A stretch of DNA of 64,000 nucleotides, from assembly GCF_006345805.1 (NCBI RefSeq), contig NC_043022.1, positions 1,550,001 through 1,614,000 of the forward strand. Direction: 5' to 3'. Positions 25,938-36,219 of the stretch are shown one piece after another (positions within the stretch are counted from its first letter, which is position 1; every line of letters begins with the position of its first letter). The DNA is from Octopus sinensis (lineage: Eukaryota). A program made the translations under genes and the position numbers. Under the pieces are notes generated by a model, which saw only the letters and a list, made by a program, of their open reading frames with translations, ran no database searches and was not told the origin of the DNA.

Positions 25938-28109
25938 GGCACAGACATGGCTGTGTGGTAAGAAGCTTGCTTCCCAACCACATGGTTCCAGGTTCAGTCT
26001 CACTGCATGGCATCTTGGGCAAATGTCTTCTGCTATAGCCTTGGGCTGACCAAAGCCTTGTGAACGGATTTGGTAGACAGAAACTGAAAGAAGCCCATTA
26101 TATGTGTGTGTGTATATATATATACAAGATAAGAAAATGGAGAAACACATCAAAATCAAATATCAATTACCAGATCATACTCAATCACATACTTTATTAA
26201 CCACATAAGACTGTGGGTTAATATAAAAAGCAGAACAAATCAGTGTACATAAAGGAATGTACATAAAAAAGTGTACATAAAAGAGTAATGTTGTATAATA
26301 AGTAGAATATATATAAAAAAAGAGAATATAAATATAAGTAAATATAGATATATATTCTACTTATTATACAACATTACTCTTTTATGTACACTTTTTTATG
26401 TACAGTCCTTTATGTACACTGATTTGTTCTGCTTTTTTATGTTTAACCCTACAGTCTCTTATGTGGTTTAATAAAGTATGTGATTGAGTATTATCTGGTA
26501 ATTAATATTTGATTTAGATGTATTTCTCCATTTTCTTATCTTGTATTAGTAATTTGTGGTAAATCATTTTACCTTTGCCTATATAATACAGTAAATGAAT
26601 TGATTGCATCGCAATCATTAACATTTATGTATTAACTTTGTTGGGTACTTCACTAGCAGTATATTGGATGTGTGTTATCCCATGGAGGGTTGCATTTACA
26701 ACCCCTATCTCAATTTGTGTGTGTGTGTGGTGTGTGTGTGTGTGCGTGCGTGTAGGCGCAATGGCCCAGTGGTTAGGGTAGCGGACTCGCGGTTGTAGGA
26801 TCACGGTTTCGATTCCCAGACTGGGCGTTGTGAATGTTTATTGAACGAAAAATATATAAAGCTCCACGAGGGTCCAGCAGGGGGTGGTGGCGATCCCTGC
26901 TGTACTCTTTCATAGCAACTTTCTCTCACTCTTTCTTCTGTTGGCCTGCTTGCTTAGCTAGCGGGGTGGCATCAATTGAAGGCTAAAACAATGCAAAGCG
27001 CATTGTGACCAGCGATGTGTAGCAACATCTGATAGCCTGGTCGGTCACGGTGATATATATACACACATGTATGTATGTATGTCTATATTTGTGTGTCCAT
27101 GTTTGTCCTCCCACCATTGCTTGACAACCGATGTTGGTGTTTTTACGTCCCTGTAACTTAGCAGTTTGGCAAAAGAGACTGATAGAATAAGTACTAGGCT
27201 TACAAAAAACAAGTCTTGGGATTGATTTGTTCAACTAAAGGCAGTGCTCCAACATGGCCACAGTCAAATGACTGAAACAAGTAAAAAAAAAAAGAATACA
27301 CATGACAGGCTTCTTTCAGTTTCCATTTTCCAAATCACTCACAAGAAGACATGTGACCAAGGTGTTGCGTGATGGGACTGAACCCGAAACCACATGGTTG
27401 GCAAGCTAACTTGTTGACCACCCAGCCCTGCTTGAGCCTGTTTGATATATTCCATCTTCCATATAAAAATATCCTTGTGTACCCCACTCGTATTTCCATC
27501 ACTGACAATGCTAGTGTAAACTTTAATTAAACAAACTACGACAAAAAAAGACTAAGAGCTATTACTCAGTGACCACAGAGAACCCCTTGGTGGGGTGGGG
27601 CAGTGGTGGATTGAACCCTGCCTTACAGGTAGGTTTGGTTGACCACCTTTGAGATTACGCCATTTTGATGCGTCACTGCAAATATCACTGTTATTGCTAC
27701 CACAATCATAACCAGAACTCTCACTACCACCACCACCATTAGCCATACCATAACTCTCCCCCCCATTACAACTCTCACCACCACCACCACCACCAGCCAT
27801 ACCATACCTCTCACCATTCCCACCACACACCCCCATTACAACTCTCACCACCACCACCACCATTAGCCATACCATAACTCTCATCCCCCTCCCCCGTTAC
27901 AACTCTCACCAATCCCTCCACCACCGCAATTCTCACTCTTATCCTCCCTTCCTCCCCCCTCTAGCGCCACCGTCACGTGAAGAACGTCCGAGGAAAAAGA
28001 AGCCGGTCGACTTACCTAGGACCATGAGGGTAAAATCAAATCCGCGTTTAACTGCTTTCCTGTGGACCTGTTCAGGTAGGGTAGCAAATCCAATGTATTC
28101 TTCTTCATC
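1319..28109 (-). CDS. SEPT5-like: Multi-exon septin gene, SEPT2 subgroup (SEPT4/SEPT5-like); 3' part lies beyond the left edge, first exon uncertain
   Basis: Spliced translation: [220 protein letters not shown]. Contains G1 (GESGLGKS), G3 (DTPG) and G4 (AKSD) motifs; all introns GT-AG with compatible phases (0,1,1,2,2,0,0). Confidence 0.96.
3228..3345 (-). CDS. SEPT5-like: Septin G4 exon, copy B (identical duplicate)
   Basis: Same 118 nt and splice sites as 5088-5205, offset 1860 bp. Confidence 0.9.
5088..5205 (-). CDS. SEPT5-like: Septin G4 exon, copy A: [39 protein letters not shown]
   Basis: 118 nt; acceptor tctatcag, donor gtaggt; phase 2 to 0; identical to 3228-3345. Confidence 0.9.
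5430..5513 (-). ncRNA. Degenerate hammerhead motif (twin at 3571-3654)
   Basis: GCAA-CTGAAGA-TGGC...GCCACCT-GAAA-CGGTTGT-A-TTGC; stem I 4-5 bp; core/stem II junction non-canonical; the twin copy reads CTGAAGG. Confidence 0.4.
5755..6115 (-). mobile_element. Retroposon family C (RTE-like 3' end, (GAT)n tail) with three internal 64-bp tandem units (5931-6115)
   Basis: gagtggttggcgttaggaagggcatccagctgtagaaac...gcggacgttaaacgatgatgatg; other copies at 13785-13980 (+), 19970-20210, 21010-21395 and 24975-25315. Confidence 0.75.
6391..6838 (-). mobile_element. SINE family A (tRNA-like head, CORE-like domain, internal (TA)n, (AAGAGTA)n tail)
   Basis: Consensus ggagtggctgtgtggtaag...caccttgggcaagtg...ggcggtgctccagcatggccgcagtcaaatgactgaaacaagtaaaag, about 18 copies in the window. 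Confidence 0.85.
7178..7312 (-). CDS. SEPT5-like: Septin exon: [44 protein letters not shown](G)
   Basis: 135 nt; acceptor attttcag, donor gtgagt; phase 2 to 2; contains the [10 protein letters not shown] septin signature. Confidence 0.97.
7480..8050. repeat. Degenerate trinucleotide (CTA/CCA/CTG) array between septin exons; similar arrays at 16390-16790, 17150-17560, 27720-27930, 34550-34720 and 55940-56150
   Basis: Direct inspection. Confidence 0.9.
8125..8248 (-). CDS. SEPT5-like: Septin exon: (D)[40 protein letters not shown](S), switch I and G3
   Basis: 124 nt; acceptor tttcacag, donor gtaaga; phase 1 to 2. Confidence 0.97.
8378..8762 (-). mobile_element. SINE family A
   Basis: Same consensus. 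Confidence 0.85.
9092..9480 (+). mobile_element. SINE family A
   Basis: Same consensus. Confidence 0.85.
10324..10403 (-). ncRNA. Type I hammerhead ribozyme motif in a septin intron (sense)
   Basis: Minus strand: TTC-CTGAAGA-GAAAG..CACAA...TTGTG..CTTTC-GAAA-CATGTGT-A-GAA; GUA triplet; AATAAA just downstream. Confidence 0.7.
11367..11446 (+). ncRNA. 3' half of the same hammerhead family as 61470-61585 (5' core lost); twin at 13034-13113
   Basis: ATGTCTCATTT...AAATGAGACAT hairpin then CATGGCC-GAAA-CAGCTGT-C-AG; the 5' side is replaced by a (CAT)n retroposon tail. Confidence 0.6.
11991..12070 (-). ncRNA. Duplicate of the 10324-10403 hammerhead with a 1-nt core deletion (CTGAGA)
   Basis: Second tandem unit; ctctcagg instead of ctcttcagg. 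Confidence 0.5.
14450..14851 (-). mobile_element. SINE family A
   Basis: Same consensus. Confidence 0.85.
14958..15044 (-). CDS. SEPT5-like: Septin exon: (G)[29 protein letters not shown]-loop/G1
   Basis: 87 nt; acceptor ttttccag, donor gtaagt; phase 1 to 1. Confidence 0.97.
15350..15744 (-). mobile_element. SINE family A
   Basis: Same consensus. Confidence 0.85.
18672..18713 (-). ncRNA. Minimal hammerhead motif, helix III damaged
   Basis: CAC-CTGATGA-A-GGCTGG agagtaaa CCAGCC-GAAA-CAT-T-GTG; perfect 6-bp stem II; ACAT in place of ACGT. Confidence 0.6.
19078..19510 (-). mobile_element. SINE family A (inside the MULE relic)
   Basis: Same consensus, full length. Confidence 0.85.
19600..19953 (-). 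pseudogene. Decayed MULE (Mutator-like) transposase fragment; the element likely spans about 18885-20330
   Basis: [93 protein letters not shown]...[12 protein letters not shown], with frameshifts and a stop; inverted GGACAA-TTACCC-type motifs at 18886-18935 and 20270-20330. Confidence 0.75.
20895..21500. mobile_element. hAT-like MITE with a nested retroposon (21010-21395); truncated relative at 22012-22140
   Basis: TIRs CAGTGGTTCTCAA / TTGAGAACCACTG; TSD not preserved. Confidence 0.65.
22145..22592 (-). mobile_element. SINE family A
   Basis: Same consensus, with an internal deletion. Confidence 0.8.
22690..23470 (+). repeat. Three diverged head-to-tail units of about 240-290 bp, each ending in (TAC)n
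   Basis: Recurring aagaacag..tttcctctg, aaaaccct, tacccaaa, ggtgcaaaggtgtcatc, ggagtag..gaacca, ttgttacag. Confidence 0.75.
26122..26546. repeat. Large imperfect palindrome (about 190-bp arms, 33-nt spacer) built from the AT-rich tail of the hammerhead-associated element
   Basis: 26122-26314 is the reverse complement of 26348-26546 with scattered mismatches. Confidence 0.9.
28016..28109 (-). CDS. SEPT5-like: Septin exon: [31 protein letters not shown](G), polybasic region
   Basis: 94 nt; acceptor tgttttag, donor gtaagt; phase 0 to 1; matches the septin YxGFAxLPxQVHRK motif. Confidence 0.96.
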
Positions 28110-29054
28110 CTAAAACAGAGCAAGAATTAAACAAAATTAACATTTGTATTGTGAATAAGAATTATTAACGATTGTCTTAACAAGAATTAAGGTTTGTATT
28201 GTAAACGAGATCGAAGACAATTTGTTTGAGTTGGGCAAATGGTAGTCTTGACATTCAAGGCTTACTCTCCCAACATATATGTTTGTATTGGGTCCTTAGA
28301 CTCGTGTCCTTAGATGCCATATTCTTTGGCATGAAAGACACATATATTAGATGTACCCCAATTTCAACCGTGCATATTCAGGATTTAAAAAATGTGTGTA
28401 GGGAAAGTGCATCTTTTACATCGTCAAATAAGACAGATTTTTGTAGTTTTTACTATTCCACTTGTTTCATTTTGAAGATGTGAAATGAGGGACTCCCGAC
28501 GATTTTGATTCATTTAAAACGCTTAACATCCCACCAAAACCCCCCAGCAAAACAACTAAATTTCACATTCGAAGTGAGACGGGTGTAATAGTAAAAATTT
28601 ACCTGTCCCCTCCATCCAGCTTCTAAGGAATGACTCGTCTTTTAGACATGTTTGTCCAATTCATCATGTATATATTTTTTAACTCCCATCCGTAAATATA
28701 TGTAAATCCATCTGTCTTTTCATCTTGTATATAAGAAGTGTGTTTGTGTCCTACATGTCCCTTGTCTGTCCTTGTAACGTCCCTTCTATGTAAACCTTTT
28801 TATAGGTAAATAAAGAAATTTTAGACATGTTTGGAGACACAAGTCTCGAAAGAAGAAACCTCTTTGGATGAAAAAAAATCAAAGGCCGGGCAGACTGCGA
28901 CTTTCTTCATCCAATTTTCTTTTTAAACTTATTTTCTACATACTATTATTTATACAATTATCTTTTTCGAGTTCCACTGTTGTGAAGTAAATTATCTTTA
29001 CCTTTCCAAACAAATTGCTAATAATTCCTACGTGTATATGACCCCATCTCCTTA

Positions 29055-29134
29055 TACAGGGTGTGGTAGAAAGGTTGCCCCGATTTCAAAGTTTTTAACC
29101 TTTGAAATCGTAGCGACCTTTCTGCCGCCCTGTG
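29055..29134. mobile_element. Collapsed Tc1/mariner-type hairpin element (two about 35-bp TIRs, about 7-nt spacer)
   Basis: TA-CAGGGTGTGGTAGAAAGGTTGCCCCGATTTCAAAG...CTTTGAAATCGTAGCGACCTTTCTGCCGCCCTG. Confidence 0.55.
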
Positions 29135-29872
29135 CACATCGAAGCTGGTCACATCAATCAAGTTATGGTGATTAATAGCCAACGCTGAGCACGTTGAATA
29201 TACTTCATTTCTAATTTACAATTATGTCTCTATACACTGTCATTTAAAATATTTGTGCCTGTTTCAGCTCTTGTTACTTGTTTGAAACTTGTCATAAAGA
29301 TGAGACACCCTTACACACGATCTACCTTTTGTATATTTCTCTCTCTTTTTTGTGGACTCCCTGTAACGTATCCCAGGAGAGAGAGACAACTTTTCGTATT
29401 ACATTATCAATCAACGATTGTTTTGTGTAGTTAGAAAAAAGCTGACGAACATTTTGTGTACTTTTAAACTATTCTTGATTCAAAAACCTGTCTGTCGTTG
29501 TTTTCCGATAATTAATAATACACAGGGAAAGACTTCCTTTTGTACCCCCCAACCCCACTTTATTATTATTATTATAAAAAAAAATTTTGTTTACGCAAAC
29601 CCTCGTTTTCGGCCACGGAGATTACGAATCTGAAAATAAAATTGGCAAAAATCGGCATTTCAAAATATATAGTACCCCCCTCCACCTCCGATGTCTTCAT
29701 TTTTGACTCTTTTCAGATTTTTTTTTTTTTTGCATAATATGTGGAAAAATACGGAGATTATTATTCTGATTAACCCTCTTTCCCCTAAAATTGCTGGCCC
29801 TGTGCTCTCTTATCTATCTATATCTATCTCTTATCCATCCATCCGCCCGTCTGCCCAGCCATCCGCGCTCAC

Positions 29873-29893
29873 ACCATTCTGATGTCCTGCCAT
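29873..29893 (-). CDS. Candidate septin first coding exon (MAGHQNG)
   Basis: aaaaATGG start context and phase-0 donor GGT|gtgagc, in frame with the DEEEY exon; lies directly downstream of a CpG-rich patch (29990-30190). No homology support. Confidence 0.4.
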
Positions 29894-29999
29894 TTTTCCC
29901 CTGCACCTTTTTATCTTCCATCTCAGAATTTCCCCCCCTTTTTTCTTTGGCAGGGTGAGTAGAGGGGGTAGAAGTAACGACATACTGTTCAATGTAAAC

Positions 30000-30162
30000 A
30001 CTCGCGCATCCGCGCCAGCTAGTCGTGACTAGTCGATCCTACAACGACTCCCTAGCAAAGTAAATAAAACACAAAGTAAATGATTTATTTTACACAAAGT
30101 AAATAAAACAAAAACAAAGTAAGGATCGACTAGTCACGACTAGCTAGCGCGGATGCGCGAGT
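30000..30162. repeat. 41-bp CpG-rich inverted repeat (40/41 identical) around an 81-bp AT-rich spacer of ACAAAGTAAA(T) units
   Basis: ACTCGCGCATCCGCGCCAGCTAGTCGTGACTAGTCGATCCT (30000-40) pairs with 30122-62. Confidence 0.92.
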
Positions 30163-30406
30163 ACGCGAGTGCGCGCACCGGGACCACTCTTCTTAAGTAG
30201 TACCACAGTTTATTCCATGTCTTGACAATTCTGAGAGTGAAAAGAATGTTTCCGTTAAGTGATGGGTGCCTCGCTGTTTTATTTTCAAACATGTCCATCT
30301 TTGTAGACTGTTCGCTCATCGGTTACATTTAATACCTATTTATGTTTTCCAGTTTCAGCTCTTGAGCTGTGGCCATGCTGGGGCACCGCCATAAAATTAA
30401 TAGTTG

Positions 30407-30423
30407 CGTCCCTGGGTGGATTC

Positions 30424-30470
<47 letters not shown>

Positions 30471-30480
30471 TCACAGAGAC
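30407..30480 (-). tRNA. trnN-GTT: tRNA-Asn (GTT)
   Basis: GTCTCTGTGACGCAATCGGTTAGCGCGTTCGGCTGTTAACCGAAAGGTTGGTGGTTCGAATCCACCCAGGGACG; 74-nt cloverleaf near-identical to metazoan tRNA-Asn; TTTT terminator at 30396-30393; A10 mismatch in the D-stem. Confidence 0.95.
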
Positions 30481-31034
30481 CTATGAGAATAATTGTTGTA
30501 AAAGTTGTTGCTTGGCTACAGGTGGGCCCCAGACATTCCAGCTGTGGCTATCCCGTCTGGGAAGAAATCTGGTTTGCGCACCCCATATAATCCCTCATGG
30601 CTTCTTTATTTTTGGGGATTTTCAGAAAATTTTTGTGAATTTGTTCTACGTTTGGGAATTCATACAATTGTACAAAAGCAGTGTGTGATTTAAGGACGAT
30701 TTAGCTGTTATTTTCAGCACATTTCAATATTTCCCCACGTCTAAACACGTAACCAGGTGTCCTTTCTTTATTCAAGGTGGTAGTATATAATTTTTAAATG
30801 CGATATGGGCTGCTATTTCTAGCAGAGGAAGCGTCCACGTAGAAGCTTCGTTAATCTGTGAAGAAGAGAGTTCTGAGGTGAATAAAGATTAATCACTTCA
30901 CATTTTTCTGAAAAGAAATTGATCTTTATTTCATTTGTATCAGTCTTCAATATCTCTCGCACAAATATTGATTGAGAAAAGTTCAAGAGAAACAATAATG
31001 GCACCAATCTCACTGGTTTCAGTGGGAAAAAGGT

Positions 31035-31268
31035 GACGAGCTGGCAGAAACGTTAGCGCGCCGGGCGAAATGCTTAGCAGTATTTCGTCTGCCGTACCGT
31101 TGTGAGTTCAAATTCCGCCGAGGTCGACTTTACCTTTCATCCTTTCGGGGTCGATAAATTAAGTACCAGTTACGCACTGGGGTCGATGTAATCGACTTAA
31201 TACCTATGTCTGTCCTTGTTTGTCCCCTCTGTGTTTAGCCCTTTGGGGGTAATAAAGAAATAGGTTTC
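31035..31268 (+). mobile_element. SINE family B (ggcgagctggcagaa...gttcaaattccgccgaggtcgactttgcctttcatcctttcggggtcgataaattaagtaccag)
   Basis: tRNA-like A/B boxes; further copies at 13510-13695, 31415-31960, 31970-32135, 56320-56470 and 57040-57120. Confidence 0.8.
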
Positions 31269-31485
31269 AATGGGAAAGCGAACACAAAGGCCATTCACTG
31301 TCTCTTTCTCCACACCGAGCAAATTGGATGAAAAAAAAAAAAAAAATAACGTACAGACGAGAAATACCAAAGTAGTTAACGTAAGGGGCAAAATAGTGAC
31401 ATTTCTTTGGACTCTTTGCATTCCGAGTTCAAATCCCGCGGAGGCCGACCTTGCTTTTTATCCTTTCGGGGTTAATAAAATAAAG

Positions 31486-31886
31486 GGATCTTTTCGGTTT
31501 GAACGGGAGTTTTTTCTAGCGGTGTCATATGAAATTGTCACCCATAATTCTGACCCTAGTATCGATCTATTGCATTTCAATCTGTGTTAGGGTTAGGGGT
31601 GGGGAGAAGGGTATCTTTTTTCTTCAGAAATGTAAATAAACCCAATCTGTTTCTTAAACGAGGGACATATTCATACGACACAGAATGTTTTCACCTCAAT
31701 GGACGTCATTGATTGGTTGAAATTGAAGAAAAACACCAACAAATATCTTACAAGCTATAGAATTTTCTCAATAAAGCCAAGAGAAAAGGATGTTTTATAA
31801 ACACATTCTACCAGTATACGAAGTTTAAAAGTGTTTAGTTACGTGGAAATTATTTTAAAAAACTGCCGTTCAAACCGAAAAGATCC
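31486..31886. mobile_element. 401-bp MITE with perfect 21-bp TIRs and 8-bp TSD (Merlin-like), inserted into a SINE
   Basis: TIR GGATCTTTTCGGTTTGAACGG / CCGTTCAAACCGAAAAGATCC; TSD AAATAAAG on both sides; SINE sequence resumes after it. Confidence 0.85.
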
Positions 31887-32250
31887 AAATAAAGTACCAG
31901 TACTGGGGTCGGTGAAATCGACTAGCCCCTTCTCTCCAAAATTTCAGGCTTTGTGCTTGATGTTAGAAAGGCGGCGTGTTGGCAGAATTATTAGCCCCTC
32001 TGAACAAAATGCTTAGCGGCGTTTCGTCCATCTTTATATTCCGAGTTCAAATTCCGCCGAGCTTGACTTTTGCTCTTCGTCCTTTCGGGGTCAATAAAAC
32101 GAACCCCAGTTGAGCACTGGGATCGATATAATAGACTACCACCATCACAATAGAAAGGGCAATATTATAAACAGAAAAGCCCATAATTATTAGGAAAAAA
32201 AAGCCGTCGTTTTGAATTAGTGCTGGCAAATAAGTAGACCATTTGTGACC

Positions 32251-32648
32251 ATAGGCGCAGGAGTGGCTGTGTGGTAAGTAGCTTGCTAACCAACCACATG
32301 GTTCTGGGTTCAGTCCCACTGTGTGGCACCTTGGGCAAGTGTCTTCTGCTATAGCCCCGGGCCGACCAATGCCTTGTGAGTGGATTTGGTAGACGGAAAC
32401 TGAAAGAAGCCTGTCGTATATATGTATATATATATATTTATGTGTGTATGTGTCTGTAATTGTCCTCCTAGCATTGCTTGACAACCGATGCTAGTATGTT
32501 TACGTCCCCGTTACTTAGCGGTTCGGCAAAAGAGACCGATAGAATAAGTACTGGGCTTACAAAGAATAAGTCCCGGGGTCGATTTGCTCGACTTAAGGCG
32601 GTGCTCCAGCATGGCCGCAGTCAAATGACTGAAACAAGTAAAAGAGTA
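32251..32648 (+). mobile_element. SINE family A, full length
   Basis: Same consensus. Confidence 0.85.
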
Positions 32649-32897
32649 TAGTAGAGCGCGTCTCGTTGCGAATCGGGACCTGGCTGTCGTTGTCGACTGA
32701 TTGTATTGCGCAATAGATGTTCGCTTCATCCTTACATCGCCATTTAAAACAGAATCTCTCTCCCCTCCACCTCCACTACACACACAATCTCCTATGTCCC
32801 ACATTATGCGGGAGAGTTTCTAAATGGAAAACACATTTTAAATAATGCTCCCTCACATAAGAGAACACCACATTATATATATATCTGTCTGCCTGCA

Positions 32898-32942
<45 letters not shown>

Positions 32943-32957
32943 TCTCTCTATATATAT

Positions 32958-32999
<42 letters not shown>

Positions 33000-33394
33000 C
33001 ACACACCACACACACATCCATACATACATACATACATACACAGGGTGCGTAAAAAAATGAAAAACCTCCCAGATTCACTATTCCTGATGTTAAACTGAAG
33101 AGTTTTTGTTGCACACACACACACACACACACATATATATGAAGTTCTAAAATCATTCCGTTACTTGAGTTTTAGGTCCAGCACAACACTTCCTATAGGA
33201 AGTCTGGCAGGCAGGGAGTAAGGTGGAAGGGAGATAGGGTCTTCTGTATGCGTATGTGTGTGTGTGTGTGGAGTACTCAATGGAGAAACAGTCGTAGGTG
33301 GCAGTTATAAATAAACCTAAATATTTAGATCTTATCTAACCTTATCCAACAACAACTACGACCCACCCTTACAGTAACCGCACCTCCATCTTAC

Positions 33395-33409
33395 CATCGC
33401 GTCCTTCAT
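33395..33409 (-). CDS. Alternative candidate first exon (MKDAM or ATG only)
   Basis: ATG|gtaaga phase-0 donor near a CpG-enriched patch (33530-33580); inference only. Confidence 0.22.
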
Positions 33410-35648
33410 AAAGTCGGTAAGTCTTTATTCACGTCCTTCATAAAGGAGGCAAATCTTTATCCACCTCAGCAGCTGTATATATCTTTCTCTCGATACAATG
33501 ATGACAGACACGGGCAACTTTTGATGATTTTTCGTTTAGACGTACCGCTCAGAGAGTCCCGCGGGCCGCAGATTGCCTTTGATAGACAAAACAACCAAAT
33601 CTCGTATTTAATAAGGACACTTTACATTTCGTATGTGATCTTAAGTATATGCTTGCTTGAAAGGCGGGATGGTCATCGTATGAGTGTCTAAGTTTACCTG
33701 GGGCTAAGCAACCTCAAGTAACGACACGAAAGCTATCTTTTATTCTACAAGAATATGGACATTCTATACGTGGACTTGTGGACAGATAATCAGATTCTAA
33801 TAACCAATTCTAATCTGTATAGTGCTGTGACTTGCGGTCAATAAATAAGTCTTCTAAGGCCCCTGTGCATTGAATTGCCCTGGACCTTGTAGTAGTGCTA
33901 ATAAATCGGCCCTGAAACTACCAATTATATTTCTATAACCACACACACTAGCGTAACTAGAAGGTGTGCCGCCCAGGGCGGCCCTTCTGTTTGCCTCTCC
34001 CGGACTCTACAGAACACATACTGCTTACAGTAGACCCGAAAGTCTTTAAAAGTGCCGCTCCTACCGCCTCGGGCTAGTGTACTTATACACACACATATAT
34101 ACATACATATACACACACATACACATATATATACACACATATACAAACATACACACACACATATACAAACATACACACACATATACAAACATACACACAC
34201 ACATATACAAACATACACACACATACACACATACATACACTTATATGTATATACATACACACACATATATACACAGGTGCACAGACCGAAGAAACAGCGC
34301 TATATCCGTATAACCACTCATAACACAATGCACACACACACACTTCACTACTGTCACCACTCTAACCCTAACCCATCTCCACATCTCCCCTCCCCCTGTT
34401 GTTTGTAATATTTTTGTGCTCAACCGGGTGGCTGGGTGTGTGGGGAGGGTTGTCGGAGCGATGTCCATTGTTTTGCTGTAATATTTAGAGGATCAAAACT
34501 GACGTCTTCCGGGTGCATTGGGGGTGACGTGGGGGAGAGTCAGAGTACACGTTACCAATACCACCACAACCACCGCCGCCACTTTAACCACCACCCCACC
34601 CCAGCTCATAGCTATTACCACTATCACAACTACCACCACCACTACAACTATTACCACCACCACCACCACATCATCATTAGTACCCTCCTATGACCACCGT
34701 CACCACCACCACTACTACCGACTGGCTCTCCGTCGGTTGCGACGACGAGTGTTCCAGTTTCTTTTAATCAACGGAACCGCCTGCTCGTGAAGTTAACATG
34801 CAAGTGGCTGAGCACTCCGCAGACACGAATACCCTTAACCGTAGTTCTCAAGGAGATTCAGTGTGATACAAAATGTGACAAGGCTGATCCCACTCGAATT
34901 ATTAGTACAACTCACGCACATAAATACACACACACACATATTTGCATACATACATGTACACACATGCACAGACACATGTACACACACACACCCCTTTGAA
35001 TTATTGGTACAACTCATTCTTGCCAGCTGAGTGGATTGGAGGAACGTGAAACAGTGTTTTGCCGCCGGGAATCGAATTCACGGCATCCGGTGGCTGGTCT
35101 GATCTTTAATGGCGGTGCCCCAGCATGGCCACAGCTCGTGAGCTGAAACTAGATAAAATAAAATAACCACTAAGCCACGCTCCTTCACACCACCACCATT
35201 ACTACTACTACTACCACCACCACCACCACTAACGTCACCACAACCACCCCGCTATTATCACCACCTTCATAAATAACAATCATTGGCACCACTCTCACTG
35301 TTCCCCTTCCCCACCCCCGTAAAAAACATTGTTTTAATGAGACGCGGGGGGGGAGGGTTGCGGGGTGGTAGCCCTCCACCATTCCTTTAAAGACCCTCCT
35401 TCCGTCCCCCCTTCTTGTAATTGTCTCTAGACACAAATTCATTCAGTGTTTCTGCTCCAGCCGAAGTCAGCGATAAACGGGTGACAGACTGTAATTTGGT
35501 AGCAGCGGCGGCGGCGTTGGAGGAAGAGAAGATGGGGAACAGGGGGAGGGGGTGAGAATAGAGATACAATGTGATAAGAGGTATTTATATAGGGGAAGAG
35601 GGGGGGAGAGACAGAAGACGAGAGTGAGAGGAATAAAGATGATGAGAA

Positions 35649-35706
<58 letters not shown>

Positions 35707-35899
35707 TGGAGGGAAAGAGTCAGAAATATGAAGAGAGAAAATGAGAGGTGGCGGTAGATGTAACATGCGTGCACACACTCACTCACTCACATGCGCACAC
35801 ACACATGCATGCAGACACCAGTCGCTCTCTGACAGTTTTGTAGCCGAGCCTGTGAGAATGGAGGCCCCCACAACCTACATCCCTTGCTCACTGTTATCT

Positions 35900-36136
35900 A
35901 TTTCTATTTCCTTACTACCCACAAGGGGCTAAACACAGAGAGGACAAACAAGGATAGACAAAGGGATTAAGTCGATTATATCGATCCCAGTGTACAACTG
36001 GTACTTAATTTATCGACCCCGAAAGGATGAGAGGCAAAGTCGACCTCGGCGGAATTTGAACTCAGAACGTAACGGCAGACGATAATACGGCTATGCATTT
36101 CGCCCGGCGTGCTAACGATTCTGCCAGCTCGCCGCC
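35900..36136 (-). mobile_element. SINE family B
   Basis: Same consensus. Confidence 0.8.
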
Positions 36137-36219
36137 CTCGTTGCTCACTGTTATCGGGTTAGAAATGTCCATCCGCAAGTGCGAACCCCACGAGTCAGTG
36201 TGGCTTGTTCCAGCGCATC

